This document shows, piece after piece, positions 9,050-19,298 of a stretch of 64,000 bases of DNA (positions within the stretch are counted from its first letter, which is position 1; every line of letters begins with the position of its first letter). The stretch lies in NCBI GenBank assembly GCA_948443845.1, contig CAOJUE010000008.1:1822-65821 (forward strand). Reading direction: 5' to 3'. The DNA comes from an uncultured Eubacteriales bacterium (lineage in GTDB: Bacteria; Bacillota; Clostridia; TANB77; CAG-508). The position numbers and the translations under genes are program-made. Below the pieces are notes generated by a model. It was not told the DNA's origin, made no database searches, and was given only the letters and a program-made list of their open reading frames with translations.

Positions 9050-10417
9050 CTATTCTACTTCAATTTTTATAGCATAATCAGCACTTTTGTTGTTTCCATA
9101 AGTCAAGGTGAATTTATAAATGGCTTTTCCTCTTTCAAAATAGGTTTCTTTGTTATCCAATAAATTCGCAATTTCCTCGCTAGGTTCAGTTGCATCTAAA
9201 CTCACTCTTTTATAGAATACATAGTCATTTGATTTTGCACCTTTGACCATTAATTTGACTTTATCATTTTGCGTTAGCTTTATCTCATTTATCGCCATAT
9301 TTTCTGTTACTTGTGTTATTTCTATTTTCTCTCCATTTTCCAATTGTAAATATAATTTAGGTGTTTCAAACATTCCATAAGAGGTTGGATATAAAATTAA
9401 ACACATTAGTATCATAATCAAAATTGTAATACTAAAAATAAGTTTCGACTTTTTATCAAAATCATTTTTGGCTGAAATCGCTTTTACTCTTGTACTCAGT
9501 GTTTTAGCAGTCTTCGATAAGCCTAGTATTGACTCAAACTCTATATTTGAATTGGTTGAAAATTTTATTAAAGAATTACAATATGCTATTCTTTCTTCTC
9601 CATTCATTTTACTAATCGCAATTTCATCTGTTGCAAGTTCCATCTCTTCTCTTATATTTTTAAACATGATGTTCAAAATCGGATTAAACCAATGTAGTGA
9701 TTTAATAATCAAAATCATAAAATTTACTACATTATCTTTTCTTTTGTAATGTGATAATTCATGCATAAAAACATTGGTTATTGAAACATCATCCATTTCC
9801 AAAAAGGAATCAAAAACTAATATTTTCACATTAAAAATTCCTATCGTTGATGGCATAAAAGTACAATCTTGTTTAATTAACTTTATAGGTTTGTGAATAT
9901 GTAATTTCTTTTTACAGTTTTCTAATATTGAAATAACTCTTTTATTTTCTACTTGAATTTTCCCAACTTTCTTGTGCATTGAAAAATAAGAATACATTCT
10001 CTTAATTAGCAAAATTACAAAAACAGTAAACCATGTAAATGCAACAAATTTTCCAAAATGTACTTTTAACATTTTGTTGTTGTTCGTAATAATGTTATCT
10101 AATGTATCTTTTGAAATAACCGCATTATTGTTTTCATTCTTCCATAAGCTCATCATATTTTCAACTTCTGTGTCTTTTACTTCCTTCACATCACTAATAT
10201 CAATCAAATTATAAATACTAATTCTACTTGGTACAGTAATCGGAAATAGTAAAGTAGCAAGAAACACTAACCAAAGCAAATACTTAGCATTCGGCGACAA
10301 CCTATTTCCAACCATTTTCTTGATGCCCAAAACAACTCCACCAATAACCATTGCTATAATTGACATATATAATATTTGACAAAAGAATGCTAAAATAAAA
10401 TTACTTATTACGCTCAC
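9050..10417 (-). CDS. BlaR1/MecR1-family M56 peptidase signal transducer
   Basis: 455 aa with N-terminal TMs and the zinc motif HELSHYKRKDN. It follows the BlaI-like repressor. The exact start is uncertain (GTG at 10415-10417 sits very close to the SD). Confidence 0.8.
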   Translation of the reverse strand: MSVISNFILAFFCQILYMSIIAMVIGGVVLGIKKMVGNRLSPNAKYLLWLVFLATLLFPITVPSRISIYNLIDISDVKEVKDTEVENMMSLWKNENNNAVISKDTLDNIITNNNKMLKVHFGKFVAFTWFTVFVILLIKRMYSYFSMHKKVGKIQVENKRVISILENCKKKLHIHKPIKLIKQDCTFMPSTIGIFNVKILVFDSFLEMDDVSITNVFMHELSHYKRKDNVVNFMILIIKSLHWFNPILNIMFKNIREEMELATDEIAISKMNGEERIAYCNSLIKFSTNSNIEFESILGLSKTAKTLSTRVKAISAKNDFDKKSKLIFSITILIMILMCLILYPTSYGMFETPKLYLQLENGEKIEITQVTENMAINEIKLTQNDKVKLMVKGAKSNDYVFYKRVSLDATEPSEEIANLLDNKETYFERGKAIYKFTLTYGNNKSADYAIKIEVE

Positions 10418-10421
10418 TCCT

Positions 10422-10787
10422 TTACTTTATTTTCTCTTCGATTTCCTGAAGTAAACTTTTCAATTCACTCTTTGATAATTCATTACTATCCACAAAATTA
10501 AGCAACATTTCATTAAGTGAACCATGATGCAATTGTTTTATAAGACTACTCGTTCTTTTGGCCTTGTACTCATCCTCTTTTATAAGTGGCACATAGGTAT
10601 AGGTTTTCCCTTCCTTTTTAGCAATTCCTACTGCTTTTTTAGCTATTAATCGATTAATTAGTGTTCGAATTGTGTTATCATTCCAATTGTGATCATCCAA
10701 TTTTTGAATTATTTCCAAAGAAGTCACTTCTTTTTTCTCCCATATTACTTTCATTACTTCAATTTCTGCGTCAGATATCTTAATCAT
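10422..10787 (-). CDS. BlaI/MecI/CopY family transcriptional repressor
   Basis: 121 aa. ISDAEIEVMKVIWEKKEVTSLEI...WNDNTIRTLINRLIAKKAV is the winged-helix penicillinase repressor pattern. Confidence 0.88.
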   Translation of the reverse strand: MIKISDAEIEVMKVIWEKKEVTSLEIIQKLDDHNWNDNTIRTLINRLIAKKAVGIAKKEGKTYTYVPLIKEDEYKAKRTSSLIKQLHHGSLNEMLLNFVDSNELSKSELKSLLQEIEEKIK

Positions 10788-10902
10788 AATTCTCCTCCTT
10801 TACTATTTATGCTACATCAGTAGTTCAACATCGATATATTTTACTATAATTTCTCTCAAAAGTCAATAGTTCTTGCATATTTTGACAAAAAAAGTATTAT
10901 AT

Positions 10903-11018
10903 TGTCGAAAAATGTCGAACGATTTTACTTGACTTATGTCGATTTTCGTATTATATCTATAAATAATTAAATTGTCAAATTTTGAAATTTAATGATGAAA
11001 AATGACGAAATTTGTCAT
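10903..11018. promoter_or_regulatory. array of six TGTCGA-like hexamers (candidate operator array)
   Basis: TGTCGA at 10903, 10913 and 10937; TGTCAA at 10973; TGACGA at 11003; TGTCAT at 11013. Two 10-bp-spaced pairs lie exactly 100 bp apart, upstream of the secreted-protein gene. Confidence 0.4.
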
Positions 11019-11069
11019 TTTATCATAAAAAACAAAGATGGGAGATTTTTTCGAAAGGAGAATAAAAAA

Positions 11070-11600
11070 ATGCAATTTTTTAAAAAACTTAAGAACCTCA
11101 TTGTTTCTGCTTTATTAGTAACAGCACTCATTGTTCCATCAACTGTGGCATTTGCTGCAGAAGATGTAGTGCGGGGACAGGAGATAGAAACTCCTGCTTC
11201 CGTCCAGGAAGCAATTGCTGAATTGCAACAAGACGAGTCATCTGATCATGTGTTCAGTTTTCCAGAAACATATAATTTGGAACCAAGCGTTGTAAATCTT
11301 GCTGCATACCGGGACCGAAATTTCACGAATCGGAGTGCTCCAGAACCATTGGTGTTGAGAAAATCATGTGATACAATTTCCTTAACAGCTACTTGTATGG
11401 AGGAAGGCGTGACTGATACAATCATATGTCATTTTGAGGATTACTCGTACAGTGGAACTTATAATTTCACTTTGCCTTTTACAGCAGATGGTAGTGTTAC
11501 AACAATTGCTTGGCCATTGCCTGAGATAGAAGGCAGAATTTACTTTACTTGTAATACTCCAATGAAAGAAGGTCTTGCAGTATTTTCAAGATACGAATAA
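11070..11600 (+). CDS. secreted hypothetical protein
   Basis: MQFFKKLKNLIVSALLVTALIVPSTVAFAAEDV is a signal peptide. GGAG lies upstream of the ATG at 11070. The ORF-track start at 10992 is probably too far upstream. Confidence 0.65.
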   Translation: MQFFKKLKNLIVSALLVTALIVPSTVAFAAEDVVRGQEIETPASVQEAIAELQQDESSDHVFSFPETYNLEPSVVNLAAYRDRNFTNRSAPEPLVLRKSCDTISLTATCMEEGVTDTIICHFEDYSYSGTYNFTLPFTADGSVTTIAWPLPEIEGRIYFTCNTPMKEGLAVFSRYE

Positions 11601-11658
11601 AGCAAGTTAAGCAGTTTAAATCCATTTAAGTAGTTTATCCCCCCATCTCCCACTTTGT

Positions 11659-11694
11659 CAGAAGGCAAATCTCTTGATTTGCCTTCTGTTTTTT
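11659..11694 (+). terminator. rho-independent terminator
   Basis: CAGAAGGCAAAT-CTCTTG-ATTTGCCTTCTG followed by TTTTTT. Confidence 0.8.
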
Positions 11695-11843
11695 GCTAAA
11701 ATACTACATTTTTCTACACATTTTTACTTTTTTATAAAAAATTTTTCATTTTTTTCAAAAAACATCTTGACAAATGTGATTTGTTTGTTTTAAAATAGAT
11801 TTTGTCGTTACGTTTGTGGTGTCGTGTAGAAAGGGGTGCGATT

Positions 11844-13136
11844 ATGAAAATTTTTGATTTATTATTAAATATAAATTTTTTAATTAATTTAGTTTTAGCA
11901 ATCATCTTTGTAGAAATATCTTTCGTCTTTTTCCAAAAAATTTTTAAAGAAAAAATTACAAAAAAGAATCATCTTTTTTATATTTTCATCAATACTGCTT
12001 GTTTTCTTTTTGGAAATTTATTGGGAAATTGCATTTATGCTTATAGTTTTATGCTTGTTAGTTCTTTAACCTTTATGATTTACGCATTAAAACTTTCGGA
12101 TCTTAAAGTATTAAGTTATTTTAATTTTGTAACAATACTTGTTTTTCATATACAATGTTTGATTTTTAATTTGCTTTCTTATCATTCTTATTTAGAAATG
12201 ATTACTTTATCCGTTTGCAATGTTATTGTTCTTGTCATTGTGTCTATTTTTTGCTTTATGGCTAATTTAGGGTTGCAACATCTTAAATTAGATAATCTTT
12301 TCGTTAATTCTATTAATAAAAACTCAACATTAATTATAAGTATATCGCTTTTTAATTTATTAATTATTTATGCTATTTTTTATGCTTTTTTTGAGTTTGT
12401 TTGTCAAAATATTTTTTGTATTTTAACACTTGATTTTTATTTCTATGTTTCATTTAGTATTATCATATATTTGTGCTGTTCAAATTATTGGAAAATTAAA
12501 ATAAATAATTTACAATTGTGCAACAAAACTGTTTTGAATTTATATGATAATACTCGTGCCTTTAAACATGACTTTCGTAATATTCTTCAAGCAATTGGCG
12601 GATACATTCCAACGAATGATATGGACGGATTAAAAAAATATTACGCCCAAGTTGCAAAAGAATGTAACATTACTAACACCCTTTCCAACCTAAATCCTGA
12701 AGTCATTAACAATCCAGCAATCTACAATATCTTAGCCAATAAATATGATATTGCTAGCACACATAATATTGATATTAATTTAGAGGTTATGTTAGATTTA
12801 AACAATCTTCATATGAACCTCTATGAATTAACTAGAATCTTAGGAATCTTACTCGACAATGCCATTGAAGCATCGAAAGAATGCAACGAAAAAAGCATTC
12901 ATATTGTCTTTAAACAAGATCAATATAAACAAATGCTCACCGTTGAAAATACTTATAATAACAAACAAATTTGCATTGATAAAATATTCGAAAAAGATTA
13001 TACAACAAAACCCCATAACACTGGCTTAGGTTTATGGGAAGTTCGAAAAATTTTGAAAAAGAACTCAAATTTAAACTTACATACAACCAAAAATAATGAT
13101 TATTTTTCACAACAACTAGAAATTTATTCTGCATAA
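11844..13136 (+). CDS. AgrC/ComD-like (HPK10, GHKL) sensor histidine kinase with no adjacent response regulator
   Basis: About 6 TM segments, then H-box FKHDFRNILQAIGGYI, N-box LLDNAIEAS and G-box GLGLWEV. Start taken at MKIFDLL. Confidence 0.8.
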   Translation: MKIFDLLLNINFLINLVLAIIFVEISFVFFQKIFKEKITKKNHLFYIFINTACFLFGNLLGNCIYAYSFMLVSSLTFMIYALKLSDLKVLSYFNFVTILVFHIQCLIFNLLSYHSYLEMITLSVCNVIVLVIVSIFCFMANLGLQHLKLDNLFVNSINKNSTLIISISLFNLLIIYAIFYAFFEFVCQNIFCILTLDFYFYVSFSIIIYLCCSNYWKIKINNLQLCNKTVLNLYDNTRAFKHDFRNILQAIGGYIPTNDMDGLKKYYAQVAKECNITNTLSNLNPEVINNPAIYNILANKYDIASTHNIDINLEVMLDLNNLHMNLYELTRILGILLDNAIEASKECNEKSIHIVFKQDQYKQMLTVENTYNNKQICIDKIFEKDYTTKPHNTGLGLWEVRKILKKNSNLNLHTTKNNDYFSQQLEIYSA

Positions 13137-13160
13137 ATTTCTAGTTGTTAAAAAACAATT

Positions 13161-14609
13161 TTACTTTTTTCTCCAAACAGACACACTTCCATTTTTACAA
13201 CTAAATTCTCCATTTCCTTCTTCGTCAATTCTTACAATATGCTCCTCATTCCCTGTACTATCAAAAAATTCAAAACCTGCAAAATCATTGCCCATATTCA
13301 TTTTTATGGTGCCACCAATCGTATCTGTCATCACAACCGCAATCCCTGAATTAGCATGTTCAAAATCGCCTTTTCTCACAAAACCAATCAAATTAGAATC
13401 TTCAAAATAATCAACTTGTTCTCCATAAGCATACAAATTTCTGACTTCCAATAAATTATCTAACATTTCATTTTTCGCAACTACATTTTTTTCTGGAATT
13501 CCATAATAATCCCCATAAAAAACACAAGGAATTCCTTCTTTTCGTAGTAAAATCAAACTATATGCTAGTGGCTTAAACCAATCTGGAATCCAAGATTCTA
13601 ACGCTTGTCCTAATTCTGTGTCATGGTTATCCACAAATGTTACCGCTTTTTGTGGATTGTTTTTTACTAATGTGCCATCAAAGATCGTTCTCATATCAAA
13701 CCCGCCATTACTAGTAGACGCACGGTAAAAATTATAATGCAAAGGCACATCAAATAGTTTCATACAACCTTGTGATTTTTCTATGTACTCATTCATGACA
13801 TCAATATTAGAACTCCAATATTCCCCTACCACAAATAATTCCTGTTTTTTTCCTTCGGAAATTTCTTCTAGCCATTCTGGAAAAAACTCCGAACGAATAT
13901 GTTTGACCGCATCTAATCTCAAACCATCTGCCTTCGTCATTTCCAAATACCATTTTCCCCAATTTTGCAACTCAATAACAACATCATGATTATTTAGGTC
14001 AATATCCGCCCCCATTAAATAGTCAAAATTGCCTTTTTCTTTGTCGACATTTTCGTCCCAATGTTTTCCATAAAATTTGTAAATTGAGGTCGTTCCTGTG
14101 TTATCGTCCCAATCAACACCGTGAAAATGCGTCCAATTCCATTTGAAATTCGAATAGGTATCTCCTCTTCCCGGAAAATTATATTTGGTCCACGCCTTAA
14201 TCGGAATGGCTTCTGACATATTGATAGTTCGATTGTCCGAATTCTCTCGTGTGGCAAGCACTTCCTCAGTTTCGTCCGCTCCCATTTTGTGGTTTAAGAC
14301 AATATCAACAATAACTTTGATATTCTTTTTTTGAAGTACTTCTATAGCAGTTAAATATTCGTCTTTCGTTCCATATTTGGTTGGAATCGAACCTTTTTGG
14401 TCAAACTCACCTAAGTCATACAAATCATATACGCCATAGCCGACATCGTTTTTACCACCCGCGCCTTTGTAAGCTGGCGGTAACCAAACATAGTTAATTC
14501 CTAATTTTTTCAAATGATTGCTCTCTTCTGCAAGGCGATTCCAATGCTCTAAATCACTAGGTAAATACCATTCAAAATATTGCATCATGGTGCTATTTTG
14601 ATTTTTCAT
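13161..14609 (-). CDS. cytoplasmic alpha-amylase (GH13)
   Basis: 482 aa with DIVLNHK, GLRLDAVKHI, VGEYW and FVDNHD, the four GH13 conserved regions. No signal peptide. Confidence 0.9.
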   Translation of the reverse strand: MKNQNSTMMQYFEWYLPSDLEHWNRLAEESNHLKKLGINYVWLPPAYKGAGGKNDVGYGVYDLYDLGEFDQKGSIPTKYGTKDEYLTAIEVLQKKNIKVIVDIVLNHKMGADETEEVLATRENSDNRTINMSEAIPIKAWTKYNFPGRGDTYSNFKWNWTHFHGVDWDDNTGTTSIYKFYGKHWDENVDKEKGNFDYLMGADIDLNNHDVVIELQNWGKWYLEMTKADGLRLDAVKHIRSEFFPEWLEEISEGKKQELFVVGEYWSSNIDVMNEYIEKSQGCMKLFDVPLHYNFYRASTSNGGFDMRTIFDGTLVKNNPQKAVTFVDNHDTELGQALESWIPDWFKPLAYSLILLRKEGIPCVFYGDYYGIPEKNVVAKNEMLDNLLEVRNLYAYGEQVDYFEDSNLIGFVRKGDFEHANSGIAVVMTDTIGGTIKMNMGNDFAGFEFFDSTGNEEHIVRIDEEGNGEFSCKNGSVSVWRKK

Positions 14610-15358
14610 TTTCGACTTTCCTTTCTTTTTTGAGAATGATATGCAATTTCCAGTGACAAACAGGTTGGTGAAATTTTATTTCCAATATAAATTAATTTCA
14701 TCATTTTTCCGGGAATAATCACTTTTTTATTTTTGAACATCTGGTCAATTGCGTATTTGGCAACATATTCACTAGACAACCCTTTTAAATTAAAATGAAC
14801 ATTTGCCACATTATTAAAATTCGTATTCACAGGACCCGGACATAGCACACTGACCGTAACCATGGAGCCATCCTTTTTTAGTTCTTTATTGATTGCCTTT
14901 GAAAGAGAAACAACATAATTTTTGGTCGCATAATAAGTCGCCATCAGCGGACCTGACATAAAACCTGCAATAGATGCCACATTGAGAATTCGACCACTGT
15001 TTTTCTTTTTCATTTGAGTCAAATACAATTTGCTTAAAATATGAAGTGACTTAATATTGGTATCAATCATGGATAATTCTTTTGTTAGATCGGTTTGAGT
15101 GAACTTTCCGAAGTCGCCAAAACCTGCATTATTAATCAAAATATCGATATCAGGATTGTTTTCGTAAAGTTTCTGGCAATTTTCGATTTGAGATAAGTCC
15201 ATGCATTCGATTTTTACGTTTGTTTTTAACTCATTTTTCAATTCTTCTAAAAGATTTTGATTTCGTGCCACAATGACTAAATCGTAGCCGATTTTCGATA
15301 AATATCTTGCCATATCTCTTCCAATTCCAGAAGATGCTCCTGTTATTAAGGCTTTCAT
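14606..15358 (-). CDS. SDR family oxidoreductase
   Basis: TGASSGIG cofactor motif and the YYATKNY catalytic YxxxK. Confidence 0.88.
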   Translation of the reverse strand: MKALITGASSGIGRDMARYLSKIGYDLVIVARNQNLLEELKNELKTNVKIECMDLSQIENCQKLYENNPDIDILINNAGFGDFGKFTQTDLTKELSMIDTNIKSLHILSKLYLTQMKKKNSGRILNVASIAGFMSGPLMATYYATKNYVVSLSKAINKELKKDGSMVTVSVLCPGPVNTNFNNVANVHFNLKGLSSEYVAKYAIDQMFKNKKVIIPGKMMKLIYIGNKISPTCLSLEIAYHSQKRKESRK

Positions 15359-15379
15359 GAATCGTCTCCTTTTTTGTGT

Positions 15380-16468
15380 TTATGTATTTTCTGTATCCTT
15401 TTTTAATTCGTTTTCCGTATTTTTGACGTAAACCGTTTGCGTTGGATACGCCAAATCAATATTTTCAATTTCAACCAATTGCAAAATATCACAATAAATG
15501 CCTTCTTTGACTTTTAAAAATTTTGCAAAATCGATTTCATTTATGTAAAGAACAACTTTGATGTCTGAACTGTAACTTGATATTTCGTCCAAACCAACTT
15601 GAATGGTATCTTCTAAGACTTCTGAATTATTTCGCAAAATTAATTTGATTTTTTCTAATAAATTTTTGATTTTCTCAGAAGTTGTATCCATACTCAAATT
15701 CAGCACAAATTCCAATCTTCTGCTTTGCAAGCGACTCCAATTTACAACACATTCTGCTGTAATCGTGCTATTGGGAATCGTAACAATCGAATTATCAATA
15801 GCTTTAATGCGTATACTGCGAAATGTCATGTCAATAACGGTTCCTTTATGAGTACCAATTTCGATGCAATCTCCAATATCAAATGGTTTATCTGTTAAAA
15901 TAATCGCTCCACTTAGCAAACTTTTTACAGTATCTTGCGCAGCAAGCGACAAAATCACACCACCAAGTCCAAATCCAGCAATCAAGCCACTTAAATCAAA
16001 CCCTAATTCCTTCATGATAATATAACCCGAAACAATCCACACAATGCCTCTTATAATCTTACAAATAAAATTTCCTGCTGTTGCACTGTTTTTTTGATGT
16101 TCCAAGTATCGTTTGATCCATTTTGCGTCTTTTGTAATAAACGAGTTGACAGCATTTGTTACCAATATAATACAAATGATTCTAAAATAGCAATCTACTT
16201 TTACTAATGTCTCGTAATTTATATGCAACATTCGAATTGCCAAATACAAACCCAAAAAAACAAAATAATAATTTAACGTTTTATAAACCTTACTTTCTTT
16301 TACTTTTCGCTTATTTTTCGTTACCCAAAAAACAATTTTTAAAATAATATTAGAAAATAATTTTCTAAAAATGACAAAAATGAAAAATAGTAAAAATGCC
16401 ATAATTTCTTTGCCTAAAAAATTGACTGGATTGATTTGATTAAAAATTGCTTGAAAATATTCCATCAT
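15380..16468 (-). CDS. mechanosensitive ion channel (MscS) family protein
   Basis: 362 aa with N-terminal TMs, then LSGAIILTDKPFDIGDCIE...GTVIDMTFRSIRI, the MscS beta domain. Confidence 0.82.
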   Translation of the reverse strand: MMEYFQAIFNQINPVNFLGKEIMAFLLFFIFVIFRKLFSNIILKIVFWVTKNKRKVKESKVYKTLNYYFVFLGLYLAIRMLHINYETLVKVDCYFRIICIILVTNAVNSFITKDAKWIKRYLEHQKNSATAGNFICKIIRGIVWIVSGYIIMKELGFDLSGLIAGFGLGGVILSLAAQDTVKSLLSGAIILTDKPFDIGDCIEIGTHKGTVIDMTFRSIRIKAIDNSIVTIPNSTITAECVVNWSRLQSRRLEFVLNLSMDTTSEKIKNLLEKIKLILRNNSEVLEDTIQVGLDEISSYSSDIKVVLYINEIDFAKFLKVKEGIYCDILQLVEIENIDLAYPTQTVYVKNTENELKKDTENT

Positions 16469-16527
16469 TTTCTCCTTTTCGCCTAATTTTTGTACAACAA
16501 GGGCAGACGACAGCGTCTGCCCTTATT

Positions 16528-17937
16528 TTATCCTTTGTAAAATGCTTCGTATGCCTTATAGGCTTGGTACACGTCAAATTTGCTTGTAATTTCATATGGT
16601 GAATGCATTGATAAAACTGGCACACCACAATCAATCACACTCATGCCACGATTTGCCAAAACAACTGCAATGGTTCCGCCACCGCCCAAGTCAACTTTTC
16701 CAAGTTCTGAAGATTGATAGGAAACCCCATTTCTTTCAAAAATTCCTCTTACTTCTGCAACAAATTCTGCTGGTGCTTCCGATGCTCCTGATTTTCCTCT
16801 TGAGCCTGTATATTTCACAATCGTTGGTCCTTTGCCAATAAAGCAACTGTTAATTTTGTCAAACGAAGACGGAAAACTTGGGTCAAAAGCGCCATCTACA
16901 TCAGCCGAAATTACTTTTGAGTTATGAAATACTTTTTCGAGTGCATTGGGTTTATTCTGACCTGATTTGTTCAATAATTCTGTTATAAAATATTCAAATG
17001 TTTTCGATTCCATTCCTGTTACACCACAAAAACCAATTTCTTCTTTATCGGTTAACACACAAACCGCTGTATTTTTCGGTGTTCCAATATCTAAAATTCC
17101 TCTTAAGGCTGTATAACAGCATACTTTATCATCTTGCCCATATCCTGCCACCATGCTTCTGTCAAATCCTAAACTTTTGGCTTTAAATGCAGGAACAAAT
17201 TCGATTTCTGAACTTGTAAAATCAATTTCTTTGATTCCATAAGTGTCATTCAATAATTTTAAAATATTTAGTTTAATTGCTTCTGAAACTTTTTCATCTT
17301 CAAATGGAATACTTCCTGCTACAATATTTAATTCTTCGCCTTGCACACCTTCTTTTAGTTTTCTGTCCATTTGTTGGGCTGCCAAATGTGGCAATAAATC
17401 AGAAATTGTAAAAATTGGATCTTCTTCCTTTTCTCCCATTGTAACTTCGATTTTTTCACCATTCGATTTCACAAATGTTCCATGCATACTAAGCGGAATA
17501 TTCGTCCATTGATATTTCTTGATTCCACCATAATAATGCGTTTTAAATAAACCCAAACCGCTATCTTCGTATAATGGATTTGGTTTTAAGTCAATTCTAG
17601 GTGAATCGCCATGTGCGGCAATCATGCGAATTCCATTTTCTAGGGATTCTTGACCTATAATGGCTGAAAAAATCGTTCGATCGCGATTGACTAAAAATAC
17701 TTTGTCTCCTGCTTTCAAATCTTGTTTTTCATTCAAATCTACAAAACCATTTTTGATAAAAATATCTTTTGATGTTTTTACAATTTCCTTTTCGGTTTTG
17801 GAAGAATTCAAGTAATCCATATATTCATCTGCAAATTTGAAAACTGCACTTCGGATCTCTTCTGACATTCCTTCCCAACCTGTTTTTTTATCATTAAATA
17901 ACTCCTCTTTTAATTTTTGACCTTCTGTGTTTTCCAT
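16528..17937 (-). CDS. M18 family aminopeptidase
   Basis: AAHGDSPRIDLKP, DKEEIG and SMHSPYE motifs. Start taken at MENTEGQ, which has GGGAGA upstream. Confidence 0.82.
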   Translation of the reverse strand: MENTEGQKLKEELFNDKKTGWEGMSEEIRSAVFKFADEYMDYLNSSKTEKEIVKTSKDIFIKNGFVDLNEKQDLKAGDKVFLVNRDRTIFSAIIGQESLENGIRMIAAHGDSPRIDLKPNPLYEDSGLGLFKTHYYGGIKKYQWTNIPLSMHGTFVKSNGEKIEVTMGEKEEDPIFTISDLLPHLAAQQMDRKLKEGVQGEELNIVAGSIPFEDEKVSEAIKLNILKLLNDTYGIKEIDFTSSEIEFVPAFKAKSLGFDRSMVAGYGQDDKVCCYTALRGILDIGTPKNTAVCVLTDKEEIGFCGVTGMESKTFEYFITELLNKSGQNKPNALEKVFHNSKVISADVDGAFDPSFPSSFDKINSCFIGKGPTIVKYTGSRGKSGASEAPAEFVAEVRGIFERNGVSYQSSELGKVDLGGGGTIAVVLANRGMSVIDCGVPVLSMHSPYEITSKFDVYQAYKAYEAFYKG

Positions 17938-17956
17938 GATTTTTCTCCCTTCATTT

Positions 17957-19258
17957 TTATAAAATCTCGTCAATTACCTTTTCTTTTGCAATCGTTTCTG
18001 AAACAATTTGGTAGGCAGATTTTAATTGTTCTACTAAATCGTCAATCTTTTCAGAATGATTGGCATGTAGATACGCCAAACATTCTCCGTTTTCTACTTT
18101 GTCGCCAATCTTTTTGCACAAAATAATTCCTACTCTTCTATCAATTTCATCTGTCTTATTTTTTCTTCCAGCGCCTAAATCTATACTAATTTTACCCACT
18201 TTTTCTGCATTTAATTCCTTCACCCAACCGTTTTTCTCTGAAATAACAGGTACAATAATCGGCGCTTTTTCCAATTTGTTTAAATCGTACAAATACGAAG
18301 CGTCTGCGCCTTGCCTTTGTGCTAATTGCGCAAATTTTTCAAAGGCTTTTCCATTGTGAATCACTTCCCAAATTTGACTTTCCAGTTCTTTTTCACTTTC
18401 TGTACGACCTGCCAATTTTAACATTTGAACACACATCGTAATTACTACCTCTTTCAAATCGTCCGCCATTTGACCATGCAAAGCTTGCACAGCTTCTACC
18501 ACTTCTAAAATATTGCCAACAGCATAGCCCAAAGGTTGTTCCATTTTTGAAATAACGCAAGTAATCTGTCTATCTTTTCCTTTCCAAATTTCCTGCATTG
18601 CTTTGGCTAATCTTTTGGCTTGCATTTGGTCTTTCATAAACGCACCAGAACCATAGGTCACATCAATCACAATTTTATTGCTACCTGCCGCAATTTTCTT
18701 ACTCATAATGCTAGAAGCAATCAGCGGAATGCTGTTTACTGCAGCAATACTATCGCGTAGCGCATATATTTTTTTATCCGCTGGTGCTAAATCCATCGTT
18801 TGAGAAATCAAACTAATTCCAATTTCTTTGACATTATTTTTAAATTCCTCGATAGAAATATCAGTTCTGTAAGCTGGAATCGATTGCAATTTATCGACTG
18901 TTCCGCCTGTAATGCCAAGACCTCTTCCACTCATTTTAGCAATCGGAACACCCAAACTTGCCACTATCGGTGAAATAATTAGCGTAACTTTATCGCCTAC
19001 GCCTCCTGTGCTGTGTTTGTCGACAACAGACTCTGAAATATCACTTAAATCAAGTTTTTCACCTGAATTTGCCATGGCAAGTGTCATCGCTAGAATTTCG
19101 TCTTCGTTCATTCCATTCATGCAAATCGCCATAATTAATGCTGCTGCTTGATAGTCTGGGATTTCGTCTTTGGTGTATCCTTCTATAAAATAATTTATTT
19201 CTTCTTCCGATAGTTCTTTTCCCATTCTTTTTTTATCTATAATATCAATTATGTTCAT
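17957..19258 (-). CDS. pdp: pyrimidine-nucleoside (thymidine) phosphorylase
   Basis: 433 aa with DKHSTGGVGDKVTL and SGRGLGITGGTVDKL motifs. Confidence 0.92.
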   Translation of the reverse strand: MNIIDIIDKKRMGKELSEEEINYFIEGYTKDEIPDYQAAALIMAICMNGMNEDEILAMTLAMANSGEKLDLSDISESVVDKHSTGGVGDKVTLIISPIVASLGVPIAKMSGRGLGITGGTVDKLQSIPAYRTDISIEEFKNNVKEIGISLISQTMDLAPADKKIYALRDSIAAVNSIPLIASSIMSKKIAAGSNKIVIDVTYGSGAFMKDQMQAKRLAKAMQEIWKGKDRQITCVISKMEQPLGYAVGNILEVVEAVQALHGQMADDLKEVVITMCVQMLKLAGRTESEKELESQIWEVIHNGKAFEKFAQLAQRQGADASYLYDLNKLEKAPIIVPVISEKNGWVKELNAEKVGKISIDLGAGRKNKTDEIDRRVGIILCKKIGDKVENGECLAYLHANHSEKIDDLVEQLKSAYQIVSETIAKEKVIDEIL

Positions 19259-19298
19259 TTTTTCTCCTTTGTGTGCACGGTACCCCCGTGCCCCTACA

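Noticed and set aside
10992-11069. Upstream extensions of ORFs (10992 for the secreted protein, 11802 for the kinase, 25371 for ftsH, 33188 for mobC, 42971 for the TM protein)
   Set aside because: Internal starts with proper Shine-Dalgarno spacing give canonical N-termini (a signal peptide, a TM helix or a family-typical start). The extensions have no SD.
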